From: Brevundimonas sp.
GTDB lineage: Bacteria; Pseudomonadota; Alphaproteobacteria; Caulobacterales; Caulobacteraceae
Assembly: GCA_052436175.1 (NCBI GenBank)
Contig: JBQVNM010000009.1
DNA: 64,000 nt
Direction: 5' to 3' (one strand)
This document shows positions 1 through 10,157 of this stretch, piece after piece (within the stretch, counting starts at the first letter, position 1; every line of letters starts with the position of its first letter). The translations under genes and the position numbers were made by a program. The notes under the pieces were generated by a model that was given only the letters and a program-made list of their open reading frames with translations, did no database searches and was not told the DNA's origin.

Positions 1-706
1 GGAGAGCGACGAGGGCCAGGCCGCCGTGGCCCAGGTCATCCTGAACCGCGTGCGCGACCCCAACTATCCGGCCAGCGTCTGCGGCGTGGTGTTCCAGGGC
101 GCCGAGCGGGTCACCGGCTGCCAGTTCAGCTTCACCTGCGACGGCTCCATGGCCCAGGCGCCGGTCGGCTGGGCCTGGGACCGGGCGTCGAAGGTCGCGG
201 CTCGCGCCCTGGCCGGCCATGTAGCCACACAGGTGGGCACCGCCACCCACTATCACGCCGACTACGTCCATCCCTGGTGGTCGCCGACCCTGGCCAAGAT
301 CACCCAGATCGGGGCGCACATCTTCTATCGCTGGAAGGGCGTCTACGGCGAGACCGCGGCCTTCCGCCAGGCCTATGCGGGCGCCGAGCCGGTCATCGAC
401 GAAGCGCGCTTCTCTCGCCCCAGGGTGATGATGGCCAGCCAGGAGGTCGACGGGAAGGCTCTGACGGTCGCTCCGGGCGCCGCCGCCACCGGCGAGCTCA
501 AGACCGTCGAGATCAACGGCCAGACCCGCGTCGTGGGCGTCATCAGCCTGGGCGGCCGTCGCCAGCCGACGGCCGAGGACATCGCCGCGATCAACGCCCG
601 CCTGCGCGACTACGAGGCGCCCAAGCCCGCCCCATCGCCCTCTGCCCCCGCGCCCGCCGGGGTCGTGACGATGGAGGTCGAGGAGGTCGGTCGTCCGACG
701 TCGTGA
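1..706 (+). CDS. cell wall hydrolase, SleB-domain family (5' partial, runs off the window start)
   Basis: The reading frame is open back to position 2. 'AVAQVILNRVRDPNYPASVCGVVFQG...CQFSFTCDG' matches the conserved SleB/hydrolase_2 core. The C-terminal tail is Ala/Pro-rich. Confidence 0.75.
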   Translation, partial: ESDEGQAAVAQVILNRVRDPNYPASVCGVVFQGAERVTGCQFSFTCDGSMAQAPVGWAWDRASKVAARALAGHVATQVGTATHYHADYVHPWWSPTLAKITQIGAHIFYRWKGVYGETAAFRQAYAGAEPVIDEARFSRPRVMMASQEVDGKALTVAPGAAATGELKTVEINGQTRVVGVISLGGRRQPTAEDIAAINARLRDYEAPKPAPSPSAPAPAGVVTMEVEEVGRPTS

Positions 707-801
707 CGCCGACGCCCCTCCAAATGCCCGCCATGCAACGGCAGCGCTTGACGCGCGTTCTTTGAGACCCGAAACGCGAAACGCCGCCTGCCGCGGCGCT
801 G

Positions 802-2769
802 GTGACCCGTTTGACTTCTCCTCCCCCTTCCGACGCCTGGACCGAGCAAGACCGTCTGTCGGCGCTTCGGGCCTATGGAGTTCTGCACACCGCGGCCGAG
901 GACAGGTTCGACGACCTGGTGGATCTGGCGGCCCGCATCTGCGAGGCGCCGACGGCCCTGATCAGTCTCGTCGATCAGGACATCCAGTGGTTCAAGGCCC
1001 GGGTCGGGCTGGACGTGGACTGCACCCCGCGTAGCGTCTCCTTCTGCGATCATGCGATGCGCGAGCATGAGGTCATGGTGGTGCCGGACGCCACGCTCGA
1101 TCCGCGCTTCGCCGACAACGCCCTGGTCACGGGCGCGCCCCATATCCGCTTCTACGCCGGCGCCCCCCTGGTCACGGCCGAGGGCCTGCCGATCGGCTCT
1201 CTCTGCGTCATCGACTATCGGCCGCGACCCGAGGGGCTGAGCGAGCTCCAGACCCGCACCCTGACCGTCCTGGCCGCCCAGGTGATGACCCAGCTGGAAC
1301 TCGGCCGCGCCCTCGACCAGCGCAGCCTCAGCGAGGACACGGCGCGCCGCGCCCTGCTGGCCTCCTCCTATGTCGGGGGATGGGACTGGGACATTCCGGC
1401 CGACCGGGTCGTCACCGACGAACGGTTCGCGGCCATGTTCGGGGTCGATCCCGACCGGGCGGCGGCGGGCGCCCCGATCCAGGTCTTCACCGACGCCATC
1501 GACCCGCGTGATCGCGACCGGGTGGCCGCCGACATCGCCCGCGCCATGGAGGGCGACGGGGTCTTCCTGTGCGAATACCGGGTCGTCGCGCCGGGTCGCG
1601 AGCGTCGCTGGGTTCTGGCCCGGGGTCAGGTCTATTTCGACCGCGACGGCGCGCCCGAGCGCTTCCCCGGGGTGGCGGTGGACATCACAGAGCGCAAGCA
1701 GCTCGACGCCGACCTGGCCGCCGTCGCCGCCGCCCTGGCCGAGAGCGAAGCAAAGTTCCGCGCCATCGCCGACTCCATGCCGCAGATGGTCTGGTCCACC
1801 CTGCCGGACGGCTTCCACGACTACTACAACGCCCGCTGGTACGAGTTCACCGGGGTGCCGGAGGGGTCGACCGACGGCGAGGGCTGGAACGCCATCTTCC
1901 ACCCGGAGGACCAGCCGCGCGCCTGGGAGGTCTGGCGCCATTCGCTGGCCACGGGCGACCTCTACGAGATCGTATATCGTCTGCGCCGCCACGACGGCGT
2001 CTAGCGCTGGACCCTGGGCCGGGCCGTGCCGCTCCGGAACGAGGCCGGGGAGATCGTCCGCTGGTTCGGCACCTGCACCGACATCGACGACCTGAAGCGG
2101 ATCGAACAGGGTCAGGCCCTGCTGAGCCAGGAGCTCAGCCACCGCATCAAGAACATCTTCGCCGTGGTCTCGGCCCTGATCGCCCTGTCGGCGCGCGAAC
2201 ACCCCGAGGCCAAGGGGTTCGCCGCATCGGTGCGCGACCGTATCGGGGCCCTGGCCCGCGCCCATGAGTTCGTGCGGCCGCACACGGAGGTGTCGCGCCC
2301 CCTGCTGGGCGACATGACCCTGCACGCCTTCCTGTCGGCCCTGTTCCGTCCCTATGCCACGGCCGAGGGCGAGGCGCGGGTGATCGTCTCGGGCGACGAC
2401 GCCCTGTTCGACGATCAGGCGGCCACCTCGGTCGCCCTCCTGTTCCACGAACTGGCCACCAACGCCGCCAAGTACGGCGCCCTGTCCGTGCCCGGGGGCC
2501 GTGTCCGGCTGACCACCTGTCTGGCGGGGGATCGCTTCATCCTCAGCTGGCGCGAGGAAGGCGGCCCCTCCGTGACCGGTCCGCCGTCCCGATCCGGCTT
2601 CGGGTCTTCGCTCGCGACCCTGTCGGTCGAGGGTCAATTGGGCGGCCGGCTGGAACGAGTCTGGCATGAAGGGGGTTTGGAGATGACCGCCGACCTTCCT
2701 GCGACCGCCCTCTCCCGCCGAAAGGCGGCGCGCGATCGTCAGGGGGCCGACGGCCCGAAAATTGCTTAA
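802..2769 (+). pseudogene. GAF-PAS-PAS-HWE sensor histidine kinase interrupted by one in-frame TAG (2002-2004)
   Basis: ORFs 802-2004 and 2026-2769 are in the same frame. The N-terminal part is a GAF domain and PAS repeats. The C-terminal part has the HWE H-box 'ELSHRIKNIFAVV'. The stop falls inside the PAS motif 'RRHDGV*RWTLGRAVPLRNEAGEIVRWFGTCTDIDD', where Tyr is normally found. Confidence 0.8.
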
Positions 2770-2821
2770 CCCCGTCCGGACAGGAAATCGGACACCGCCT
2801 GAGACTGACCCCGCTACGCCC

Positions 2822-3229
2822 ATGACCGCCCGCATCCTCATCATTGAAGACGAAGCTCTTGTCGCCATGGAACTTCGGTTCGTGCTGGAAGACCTGGGCC
2901 ACGAGGTGGTCGGTACCGCAGCCGAGGCCGCGACCGCCCGCGACATCGTGCGCGAGACCGAGGTCGATCTGGCGCTCGTGGACATCCACCTGTCCGACGG
3001 TCCGACCGGGATCGATCTGGGGCGGGATCTGGCCCAGCACGAGAACGTCACCGTCCTCTACATGACCGCCAACCCCGGCATGGTCAGGGGCGGCGTGGCC
3101 GGAACCCTGGGCGTTCTGTCCAAGCCGACGGACGAGCGTGCGGTGAAGACCGCCGTCGACTACGCCCTGCGCCGCCGTCAGGGCGAGCCGGTTCAATATG
3201 CGCCGCCGGAGCTGACCGTCTTCGCGTGA
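2822..3229 (+). CDS. single-domain response regulator (receiver domain)
   Basis: 'MTARILIIEDEALVAMELRFVLEDLGHEVVG...VDLALVDIHLSDG' has the receiver acidic pocket and phospho-acceptor Asp context. It lies directly downstream of the HWE kinase. The start is chosen at the ATG of MTARIL. Confidence 0.85.
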   Translation: MTARILIIEDEALVAMELRFVLEDLGHEVVGTAAEAATARDIVRETEVDLALVDIHLSDGPTGIDLGRDLAQHENVTVLYMTANPGMVRGGVAGTLGVLSKPTDERAVKTAVDYALRRRQGEPVQYAPPELTVFA

Positions 3230-3291
3230 CCTAGGTCGCGTATCGGTTGGTTTCGCCCCGTGTTAAGCTGGCGCGAGCGGCGGAGACGGCC

Positions 3292-3552
3292 ATGGCGCAA
3301 TCCAGATTGATCGGCTTGGGCGTCGCCATTGGCGCGGGCGTGGGAACGGCGATCGGCGCCGCCATCGACAACATAGCTGTGGGGGTGGCGGCCGGTGTGG
3401 CGATGGGCGCAGGGCTCGGATTTGCGCTCTCGGCAAGGCGTTTCCGAACAGCCGGCGGCCGCTCGGACAGTCCAGCGGACGGCGGGGCGACATCCCTCGA
3501 CGGCGGCGGCAGTTGCGACTCGTCGGACGGCGGATGCGGAGGTGGTGACTAG
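3292..3552 (+). CDS. small Gly/Ala-rich membrane protein with a Gly/Cys/Asp-rich C-terminal tail
   Basis: GGAG lies 6 nt upstream of the ATG at 3292. The hydrophobic glycine-zipper-like core is 'LGVAIGAGVGTAIGAAIDNIAVGVAAGVAMGAGLGFAL'. The tail is '[17 protein letters not shown]'. Confidence 0.5.
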   Translation: MAQSRLIGLGVAIGAGVGTAIGAAIDNIAVGVAAGVAMGAGLGFALSARRFRTAGGRSDSPADGGATSLDGGGSCDSSDGGCGGGD

Positions 3553-4556
3553 CGACCTCGCGCCGCCATGGCCTCCAGCACGGCCTTGGCCGCCCGCTCG
3601 GTCTCGTTCAGAGGCGCATAGGTCCAGGTCTCCAGCGTCCCGTCGAACGACCGGGCGGCGCTCAGGCTTTGCAAGTCGGCGTGGAGCCGCGCGAATTTGC
3701 CGGGCGGCTTGAGCGGGACCATCGGCAGAATGTGAACCGGCTTGCCGGTCGCCGCCGCCTCGGTCGCCATGTTGGCGCTGTCCTCGGTGACCAGCACATG
3801 GTCGGCATAGTGCAGGAAGGCGAACAGGGGGTTGTCGCCCGACCCGTCCCAGATCAGGCCGGGCAGGGCGGCCAGCCGCGTCTTCATCGCCGCCTTGGCC
3901 GCCTCCGGCGTGCGCCGCGAGAAGGTCAGCATGAGCGACCCGCGCGTGGAGGCGATGGCCGTCGCGATCCGCTCGGCGAGGGCTGCGGCGTGGTCGGCCG
4001 TCAGGTCGAAGGCCGCCGATCGCCCCCCGATCATGACCGCGACGCGCGGGCGCGGCAGGGCCCCGAGCCGCTCGGCGAAGGCGGTCGCCCCTCCGGCCAG
4101 GACTTCCGGCGTGATGCGATGCGGCGAGCCTGTGATTTCGAAGACATTGTCGCCCGACAGGCCGTCATGAGCCGGGGCCACCACCATATCGAACCGGTTG
4201 GGGTTCAGTCGGGGATCCTGAGTCTGGACCACGCAGGTCCGCCCCCCGGACAGTCGTCGCGCCCTGAGCGACAGCGGCAGGCTGGCCCGGCCCGTCGCGA
4301 TCCACAGATCGGGCCAGACCTCGCCTTCAGCAGGGAAGGGATCGTCGGCTGCCGGATCAAGCATCCAAAGGGCCTTTAAGGCGCTGGGCAGACGGTCGAA
4401 CACAGGCCGCCAGCGCACGCGCTTGATCGCGATCTCGGCGGGGGTCAGGCGTTGGACGGCCTCGGCAAGGCCCAGCGCCTGATTCTCTATGCCCGCACGG
4501 CCGTCGGAGACGACCTGGATCCTCAGAGGACCGTTCCTGGGTCGGTCTAGATCCAC
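3549..4556 (-). CDS. ELM1/GtrOC1-family protein (mitochondrial fission ELM1-like, putative glycosyltransferase)
   Basis: '[24 protein letters not shown]...[14 protein letters not shown]...DMVVAPAHD' resembles bacterial ELM1 (DUF1022) family members, judged from memory. Confidence 0.6.
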   Translation of the reverse strand: MDLDRPRNGPLRIQVVSDGRAGIENQALGLAEAVQRLTPAEIAIKRVRWRPVFDRLPSALKALWMLDPAADDPFPAEGEVWPDLWIATGRASLPLSLRARRLSGGRTCVVQTQDPRLNPNRFDMVVAPAHDGLSGDNVFEITGSPHRITPEVLAGGATAFAERLGALPRPRVAVMIGGRSAAFDLTADHAAALAERIATAIASTRGSLMLTFSRRTPEAAKAAMKTRLAALPGLIWDGSGDNPLFAFLHYADHVLVTEDSANMATEAAATGKPVHILPMVPLKPPGKFARLHADLQSLSAARSFDGTLETWTYAPLNETERAAKAVLEAMAARGR

Positions 4557-5020
4557 TCGACCTTGAGGATTTCATAGGCCTTCACCCCGCCGGGGGTGTT
4601 GACCTCGACCGAGTCGCCGACCGACTTGGAAATCAGGGCGCGGGCGATGGGGGACGAGATGGAGATCTTGCCCTGCTTCACGTCCGCCTCGTGTTCGCCG
4701 ACGATCTGATACTTGCCCTCGTCCTCGGTGTCCTCGTCGACCACGGTGACGGTGGCGCCGAACTTGACCTGGTCGCCGGACAGTTTCGACACGTCGATGA
4801 CCTGGGCGCGGCTGATCTTGTCCTCGATCTCGGCGATCTGGCCCTCGATCCAGCCCTGGCGTTCCTTGGCGGCGTGATACTCGGCGTTCTCCGACAGGTC
4901 GCCGTGTTCACGGGCCTCGGAAATGGCGGCGATGACGCTTGGACGCTCAACCGACTTCAACTGCTTCAACTGATCGTCGAGGACGCGATAGCCCTCGCCC
5001 GTCATGGGCACTTTTTCCAT
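4547..5020 (-). CDS. greA: transcription elongation factor GreA
   Basis: Full-length match to the GreA pattern: '[20 protein letters not shown]...[40 protein letters not shown]...[12 protein letters not shown]'. Confidence 0.95.
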   Translation of the reverse strand: MEKVPMTGEGYRVLDDQLKQLKSVERPSVIAAISEAREHGDLSENAEYHAAKERQGWIEGQIAEIEDKISRAQVIDVSKLSGDQVKFGATVTVVDEDTEDEGKYQIVGEHEADVKQGKISISSPIARALISKSVGDSVEVNTPGGVKAYEILKVEWI

Positions 5021-5163
5021 AGGTATCAGAAATTTCTTGTTTCGCCCGGAAATCCGGTAAGGACTGGGAGGTAGGGTCGGCGTGGGTCGCTGGGCGCGCG
5101 CGACCGGCCAAAGAGACTAGGGCGCCTGCCTCGAAAACTCAAGGTCGTCCCTGATGTCGCCGA

Positions 5164-5376
5164 TCAGCCGGTGGTGAGCCGGTCCTGCGCCCGCCGCCGC
5201 GCAACCCGCCGCATCATGGCCCGCTTGGCCGTCACATAGATCAGGACGCCCAGCGCCGCCGATCCGATCAGGGCGAAGGCGGCCGACAACAGGAACACGC
5301 CTGCAGAGATGAAGGCGATGACGAAGGCGACGGCGGACATAAGTCCCAGGGTCAGGGGGGCGGTCTTGAAGGGCAT
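5164..5376 (-). CDS. small hypothetical membrane protein
   Basis: 70-aa ORF with two hydrophobic segments and a basic tail. GC3 is high. No family recognised. Confidence 0.4.
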   Translation of the reverse strand: MPFKTAPLTLGLMSAVAFVIAFISAGVFLLSAAFALIGSAALGVLIYVTAKRAMMRRVARRRAQDRLTTG

Positions 5377-5412
5377 GCACCCCTTAACGCGCCGGCCTCA
5401 CGCCGGTTGCCG

Positions 5413-6084
5413 TTATGCGTAGGCGTAGGGTCCGCCCCGCTCCAACGCGCGCTGATAGGCGGGGCGGGCGTGGATGGTCTCTAGGAAGGCCTTCACATGC
5501 GGCTTGTCCGGCCCGAAGGGCGCCCGCGCCGCGCAGGCCTCGATGGGGAAGCTCATCATGATGTCGGCGGCGGTGAAGGCGTCGCCCGCGAACCAGGCCG
5601 TCCTCGACAGTTCGCCCTCCCAATAGGCCGTATGGGCGGCGATCTGGGGGTCGATGAAACTGGCCTGGGCCTTGGTCGAGACGCCCTTGACGATCGGCTT
5701 GATGAGACCCGGCGCGCGGTTGGGCAATTGGCCGAACACCAACTTGAGCAGCAACGGCGTCATGGCCGACCCCTCGGCGTAGTGCAGCCAGTAGGTCCAG
5801 CGGCGGGCCGCCTCGGTTCCGGGCGCGGGCTTCAACGGCGACCCCGGATGGGTCTCCATCAGATATTCGATGATGGCCCCGGTTTCGGCGACCAGGGCGC
5901 CGTTTTCGGTGTCCTCGATCACCGGCGACTTGCCGAGCGGATGGATCGCCCTCAGCTCGGGCGGCGCCAGCATGTTGTGGGCGTTGCGCTCATAGCGCTT
6001 CACCTCATAGGGGACGCCCAGTTCCTCCAGCAGCCACAGCACGCGTTGCGAGCGGGAGTTGTTCAGGTGATGGACGACGATCAT
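5413..6084 (-). CDS. glutathione S-transferase
   Basis: N-terminal thioredoxin-like motif 'VVHHLNNSRSQRVLWLLEELGVPYE...HPLGKSPVIED...LVAETGAIIEYL', followed by a helical C-domain. Confidence 0.85.
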   Translation of the reverse strand: MIVVHHLNNSRSQRVLWLLEELGVPYEVKRYERNAHNMLAPPELRAIHPLGKSPVIEDTENGALVAETGAIIEYLMETHPGSPLKPAPGTEAARRWTYWLHYAEGSAMTPLLLKLVFGQLPNRAPGLIKPIVKGVSTKAQASFIDPQIAAHTAYWEGELSRTAWFAGDAFTAADIMMSFPIEACAARAPFGPDKPHVKAFLETIHARPAYQRALERGGPYAYA

Positions 6085-6175
6085 GCGAAACCCCGTGGCG
6101 GCGACCCCGCCACTAAGGCCTCTTTACGCAAGGGACGGCAAGCCGGATCGAAATGCCGGCGGGATCGGCGCCAAA

Positions 6176-6409
6176 TCAGGCGCGGCGTCCGCTCCAGCGC
6201 CGGCGCGGATGGGGCGCGGCTTTCCCGGTCCCGGATGCGGCGCCGGCGGCCGTATTCGCGCTCGGCGCGCCGCGTCCGCGATGCTGCTGATACAGTTCCC
6301 AGGCCAGGGTCGCGAGCGCCAGCTTGCCCGCGTGACGACCGGCGAACCGGCGCCCGCCCTTCGACAGCAGTAATCCTCCGACGACGGTGGCGATACGCGA
6401 CAGGGCCAT
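6176..6409 (-). CDS. hypothetical small basic protein (uncertain)
   Basis: 77-aa ORF with GGAG about 9 nt upstream and high GC3. No recognisable domain. Confidence 0.3.
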   Translation of the reverse strand: MALSRIATVVGGLLLSKGGRRFAGRHAGKLALATLAWELYQQHRGRGAPSANTAAGAASGTGKAAPHPRRRWSGRRA

Positions 6410-6584
6410 GGTCTTCAGTCTCCGTTACCCGACAGAAATGGCCCGCAGCCGTTTCGGTTCAACGACGCAGGCCGACGCCGCGACGATCTGTCTTCAGGTC
6501 TTCTCCCGGGCCTTGCAGAAACGGCGCCTCGTCGGCCAGAAATCGGGTTCGCCGCCGCCCCGCGGGTAATGCTAGGCTTTCGCC

Positions 6585-7886
6585 ATGGCTCTCTCCCGTC
6601 TCCGTACCGCCCTGACCTCGCTCAGCGCCCTGGTCCTGTTCGCCCTGATCGCGGGCCTCGTCGTCGGGGGGCTTGCCGCAGGTGGGTCCGCCGAACCGCA
6701 TGGACCCTGGATTCCCGTCCTGTCGGTGCTGGAGAAGCTGGGCCAGACCTGGCTCAACGCCCTGCGCATCACCGTCATTCCCCTGATCTTCGCCCTGCTG
6801 GTCACCGGGGTGGCCGCCATCGCCGACGCGGCCTCGACCGGGCGGCTGGCGGCGCGGGCGCTCATGGTGTTCGGCGTCCTGATCGTCTTCGCCACCGTCT
6901 ACGCCATCCTTGCCGGCCTCGGTCTGCTCAACCTCTGGCCCATCGACCCCGTGGCCGGGCGCGCCCTGCTGACGGCCCTGCCGGCCGATCAGGTCGCGAC
7001 CGTCAGCGAGGCGGCGCGCACCGACGGCTTCTCGGCCTTCCTCAACAGTCTGATGCCCAACAACATCGTCCGCGCCGCCGCCGAGGACGGGGTGCTGGCC
7101 GTGGTGGTCTTCGCCCTGGCCTTCGGTTTCGCCGCCACCCGGCTCCAGCCCGAGACCCGTCGTCCTCTGGTCGCCCTGTTCGGCGCGACGGCCGAGGCGA
7201 TGATCGTCATGGTCCACTGGGTGCTGCTGGCCGCGCCGTTCGGCGTCTTCGCCCTGGCCCTCGGGGTCGGTCTCCACGGCGGCTTCAGCGCGGCGGGCGC
7301 CCTGGGTCACTACATCGCCATCGTCTGCCTCAGCCAGATCGGCCTGATCCTGCTGACGCTGCTGATCGCCGTGGTCTGGGGCCGCATCGGCCTCGGCCGC
7401 TTCCTCGCCGCCTCGGGCCCGGCCCTGGCCGTGGCCGTCTCGACCCAGTCGTCTATCGCAAGCCTGCCGGGGATGATCGAGCGGGCCCGCGACGCCCTGG
7501 GGGTGCCCCAGGCCCGCGCCGGTCTGGTTCTGCCCCTGGCCGTGGCGGTGTTCCGGATGACCAGCCCGGTCGCCAACCTCGCCGTCTGCCTCTATGTCGC
7601 CCAGTTGCACGGCGTCGAACTGGGCCTGCCGGTCCTGATCGCCGGCGGTCTGACCGCCATCGCCGTCTCCATCGCCTCAGTCGGCCTGCCGGGTCAGGTC
7701 AGCTTCTTCGCCTCCGTCGGCCCCATCTGCCTGGCCATGGGCGTGCCGGTCGGCGTCCTGCCCCTGCTGCTGGCGGTCGAGGTGATCCCCGACATCTTCC
7801 GCACCCTCGGCAATGTCACCGCCGACATGGCGGCGGTGCGGATCGTCGATGCGGCCGAGGGCGAGACGGAGCCCGCTCCCCAATGA
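6585..7886 (+). CDS. dicarboxylate/amino acid:cation symporter (DAACS family)
   Basis: 433-aa polytopic membrane protein. 'VIPLIFALLVTGVA', 'STQSSIASLPGMIE' and 'VIPDIFRTLGNVTADMA' are typical of the sodium:dicarboxylate symporter family. Confidence 0.75.
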   Translation: MALSRLRTALTSLSALVLFALIAGLVVGGLAAGGSAEPHGPWIPVLSVLEKLGQTWLNALRITVIPLIFALLVTGVAAIADAASTGRLAARALMVFGVLIVFATVYAILAGLGLLNLWPIDPVAGRALLTALPADQVATVSEAARTDGFSAFLNSLMPNNIVRAAAEDGVLAVVVFALAFGFAATRLQPETRRPLVALFGATAEAMIVMVHWVLLAAPFGVFALALGVGLHGGFSAAGALGHYIAIVCLSQIGLILLTLLIAVVWGRIGLGRFLAASGPALAVAVSTQSSIASLPGMIERARDALGVPQARAGLVLPLAVAVFRMTSPVANLAVCLYVAQLHGVELGLPVLIAGGLTAIAVSIASVGLPGQVSFFASVGPICLAMGVPVGVLPLLLAVEVIPDIFRTLGNVTADMAAVRIVDAAEGETEPAPQ

Positions 7887-7889
7887 TCC

Positions 7890-8040
7890 GTCACCCTCGG
7901 GCTTGACCCGAGGGCCGGAGGTTCCGCCGCTCACCAGGGCCTGATGAGCCGCCGGCGTCTCCGTTCGCCTGTCGCCACGCCCCGGCGCCCGATCCTCGGG
8001 TCCGTCATCCTCCGACTTGATCGGAGGACCGAGGATGACG
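7890..8040. repeat. family-2 structured repeat (GTCAYCCTCGGGCTTGACCCGAGG type) plus a nested palindrome
   Basis: 7890-7918 is 'GTCACCCTCGGGCTTGACCCGAGGGCCGG'. 8003-8040 is 'CGTCATCCTCCGACTTGATCGGAGGACCGAGGATGACG'. Both lie in a convergent intergenic region. The same core recurs at 41870-41979. Confidence 0.7.
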
Positions 8041-8057
8041 AAAGGGGGAGGGCAGGC

Positions 8058-9392
8058 TCAACCCGCCACCTTCGGCATCAACCCCTCCGCCGCGATCACG
8101 CTGGCCTCGACGCCCAGGGTCACCGAGGGTTCCGGCGTGATCTTGAACAGGGGCGAGTGGTGGCCCGCCGCCCCTTCCAGTTCGGCCTCGGGCGTGCCGC
8201 CGACGCTGAAATAGACCCCCTTCACCCCGCTCTCGGGCGTGACGAAATAGGCGAAGTCCTCCGCCCCCATGCCGGTGCGCTCCCCATCGTGAAGCACCTC
8301 CGCCCCGAAGGCCGAGGCGAACAGATCGCGGACCCTCTGGGCCGTGGGCGCGTCGTTGATGGTGGGCGGGGTGGTCTCGGTCTTCGATCGCGTCACCACC
8401 GGCAGGCGATCCTCCGGCACGCCCAGCGCCAGGGCGGTGTTCTTCGCGATCCGGTCGATTCCGTCCAGCAGCTGGGTTCGCACCTCGGGGCTGTCGGACC
8501 GCACCGTGAGCTGCAGGTCCACCTGTTCGGAGATGATGTTGTGCTTGATCCCGCCGTGGATCGAGCCGACCGTCACCACGGCCCCCTCCAGCGGATTGAC
8601 CTCGCGGCTGCGCAGGGTCTGCAGCGACACCACGATCTGGGACGCCACCAGCACTGGGTCGACCCCCAGATGCGGATAGGCCCCGTGGGTGCCCACCCCC
8701 TTTACCGCGATGTCCACGCTGTCCGAGCTGGAGGCCGTTATCCCCAGGGGGGCCTCGATCTTGCCTGTCGCCAGATCGGCCGAGACGTGAAAGGCCAGGG
8801 CGTAGTCTGGCTTGGGGAAGCGGGTATAGAGGCCGTCCTCGATCATCATCCGGGCGCCGAAGATCCGCTCCTCGGCCGGCTGGGCGATCAGGACCAGGGT
8901 GCCGGACCAGTTGGCCTTCCTCGCCGCCATCTGACGCGCCGTTCCGACCAGAGCGGTGATGTGCACGTCGTGGCCGCAGGCGTGCATGACGGGCTTCTCG
9001 GTCCCGTCGGCGTCGATTTGGCGCGCCGTGGAGGCGTTGGCGAGGCCGGAGCGCTCCTGAAGGGGCAGGCCGTCCATGTCGGCCCGGATCATGACGGTCG
9101 GCCCGACGCCGTTCCTCAGCACCGCCACCACCCCGGTTCCGCCGACGCCGGTGGTCACGTCATAGCCGAGCGCCGTCAGCTCCTGCGCCATCCGCGCCGA
9201 GGTCTGGACCTCGCGCCCCGACAGCTCCGGATTGCGATGGAACCAGTCGAACAGGGCGCCCAGATTGGCGTCATAGTCGGCCTGCACCGCCGCCTTCAGC
9301 GCCGCGTCGCCGCCCGGCCCGGACGTCTGGGCCGAAGCCGTCCCGCCCCACAGCGCCGCCGCCGCGACCGTCGCCAGAATGATCCGTTTCAT
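8058..9392 (-). CDS. M20-family amidohydrolase/peptidase (secreted)
   Basis: Signal peptide 'MKRIILATVAAAALWGGTASAQ'. Metal-binding motif 'MHACGHDVHITALVG'. Dimerisation-domain layout typical of M20D amidohydrolases. Confidence 0.8.
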   Translation of the reverse strand: MKRIILATVAAAALWGGTASAQTSGPGGDAALKAAVQADYDANLGALFDWFHRNPELSGREVQTSARMAQELTALGYDVTTGVGGTGVVAVLRNGVGPTVMIRADMDGLPLQERSGLANASTARQIDADGTEKPVMHACGHDVHITALVGTARQMAARKANWSGTLVLIAQPAEERIFGARMMIEDGLYTRFPKPDYALAFHVSADLATGKIEAPLGITASSSDSVDIAVKGVGTHGAYPHLGVDPVLVASQIVVSLQTLRSREVNPLEGAVVTVGSIHGGIKHNIISEQVDLQLTVRSDSPEVRTQLLDGIDRIAKNTALALGVPEDRLPVVTRSKTETTPPTINDAPTAQRVRDLFASAFGAEVLHDGERTGMGAEDFAYFVTPESGVKGVYFSVGGTPEAELEGAAGHHSPLFKITPEPSVTLGVEASVIAAEGLMPKVAG

Positions 9393-9479
9393 GACTATCC
9401 CCCTTGTCCCGAAGCGACCTTAGCGGTCGAGGGCGGGGGCACAAGGGCGGACGATCATGGCCGGGCCGCCTTCGGCCGG

Positions 9480-10037
9480 TCAGGCCGCGTGCCGCCCCTC
9501 GGCGAACTCCTCGATCATCTTCGCACAGAAGGCCGGCAGGTCGTCGGGATTGCGCGAGGTCACCAGGCCATTGTCGACCACGACCTCCTCATCGACCCAT
9601 TCGGCTCCGGCGTTCTCTAGGTCGGCCTGGAGCGAGGGCCATGAAGTCATGCGGCGACCGTCCACCGCCCCGGCGTTGATCAGGGTCCAGGGACCGTGGC
9701 AGATGGCCGCCACCGGCTTGCCCGCATCGGTGAAGCGCTTGATGAAGGCGATGGCCTTGGCCTCGATCCTCAGGGCGTCGGGATTGATCACCCCGCCCGG
9801 CAGGACCAGCCCGGCGTAGTTGGCGGCGTTGGCCGTCTCCAGGGTGCGGTCGACCCTGACGGTCTCGCCCTTGTCATGATGCTCGAAGCCCTGAATCTCT
9901 CCGGCCTTGGGCGACACGATCTCGACCTCGGCTCCCGCGGCGCGCAGGGCCTCCACGGGCTTCGTCAGCTCGACCTGTTCGAACCCGTCGGTGGCCAGGA
10001 CCGCGATCTTCTTTCCGGCCAGGGTGTGGCTCGCCAT
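9480..10037 (-). CDS. DJ-1/PfpI family type 1 glutamine amidotransferase-like protein
   Basis: 'KKIAVLATDGFEQVELTKP...YAGLVLPGG...KPVAAICHGPWTLI' with the nucleophile-elbow Cys-His. Confidence 0.85.
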   Translation of the reverse strand: MASHTLAGKKIAVLATDGFEQVELTKPVEALRAAGAEVEIVSPKAGEIQGFEHHDKGETVRVDRTLETANAANYAGLVLPGGVINPDALRIEAKAIAFIKRFTDAGKPVAAICHGPWTLINAGAVDGRRMTSWPSLQADLENAGAEWVDEEVVVDNGLVTSRNPDDLPAFCAKMIEEFAEGRHAA

Positions 10038-10157
10038 GTCGTCATTCCTTCTGCTGGGGACAGAGGGACAACGGAGCGGTCGGGCGGATCGTTCCTGCGG
10101 TCGTCGTCGGGACGCTCGCCGATCAGCCAGACGCCGCCGCCGAACCGCAGTTGGGGC

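Noticed and set aside
610-3051. Very long ORFs antisense to, or out of frame with, real genes. Examples: 610-3051(-), 13085-16858(+), 18065-20134(-), 19912-21453(-), 38695-41049(+), 46807-48465(-), 51807-53891(+), 22709-24274(-).
   Set aside because: Their translations are Arg/Gly/Pro/Ala-rich low-complexity sequence typical of shadow ORFs in high-GC DNA. In every case another frame or strand encodes a recognisable conserved protein.
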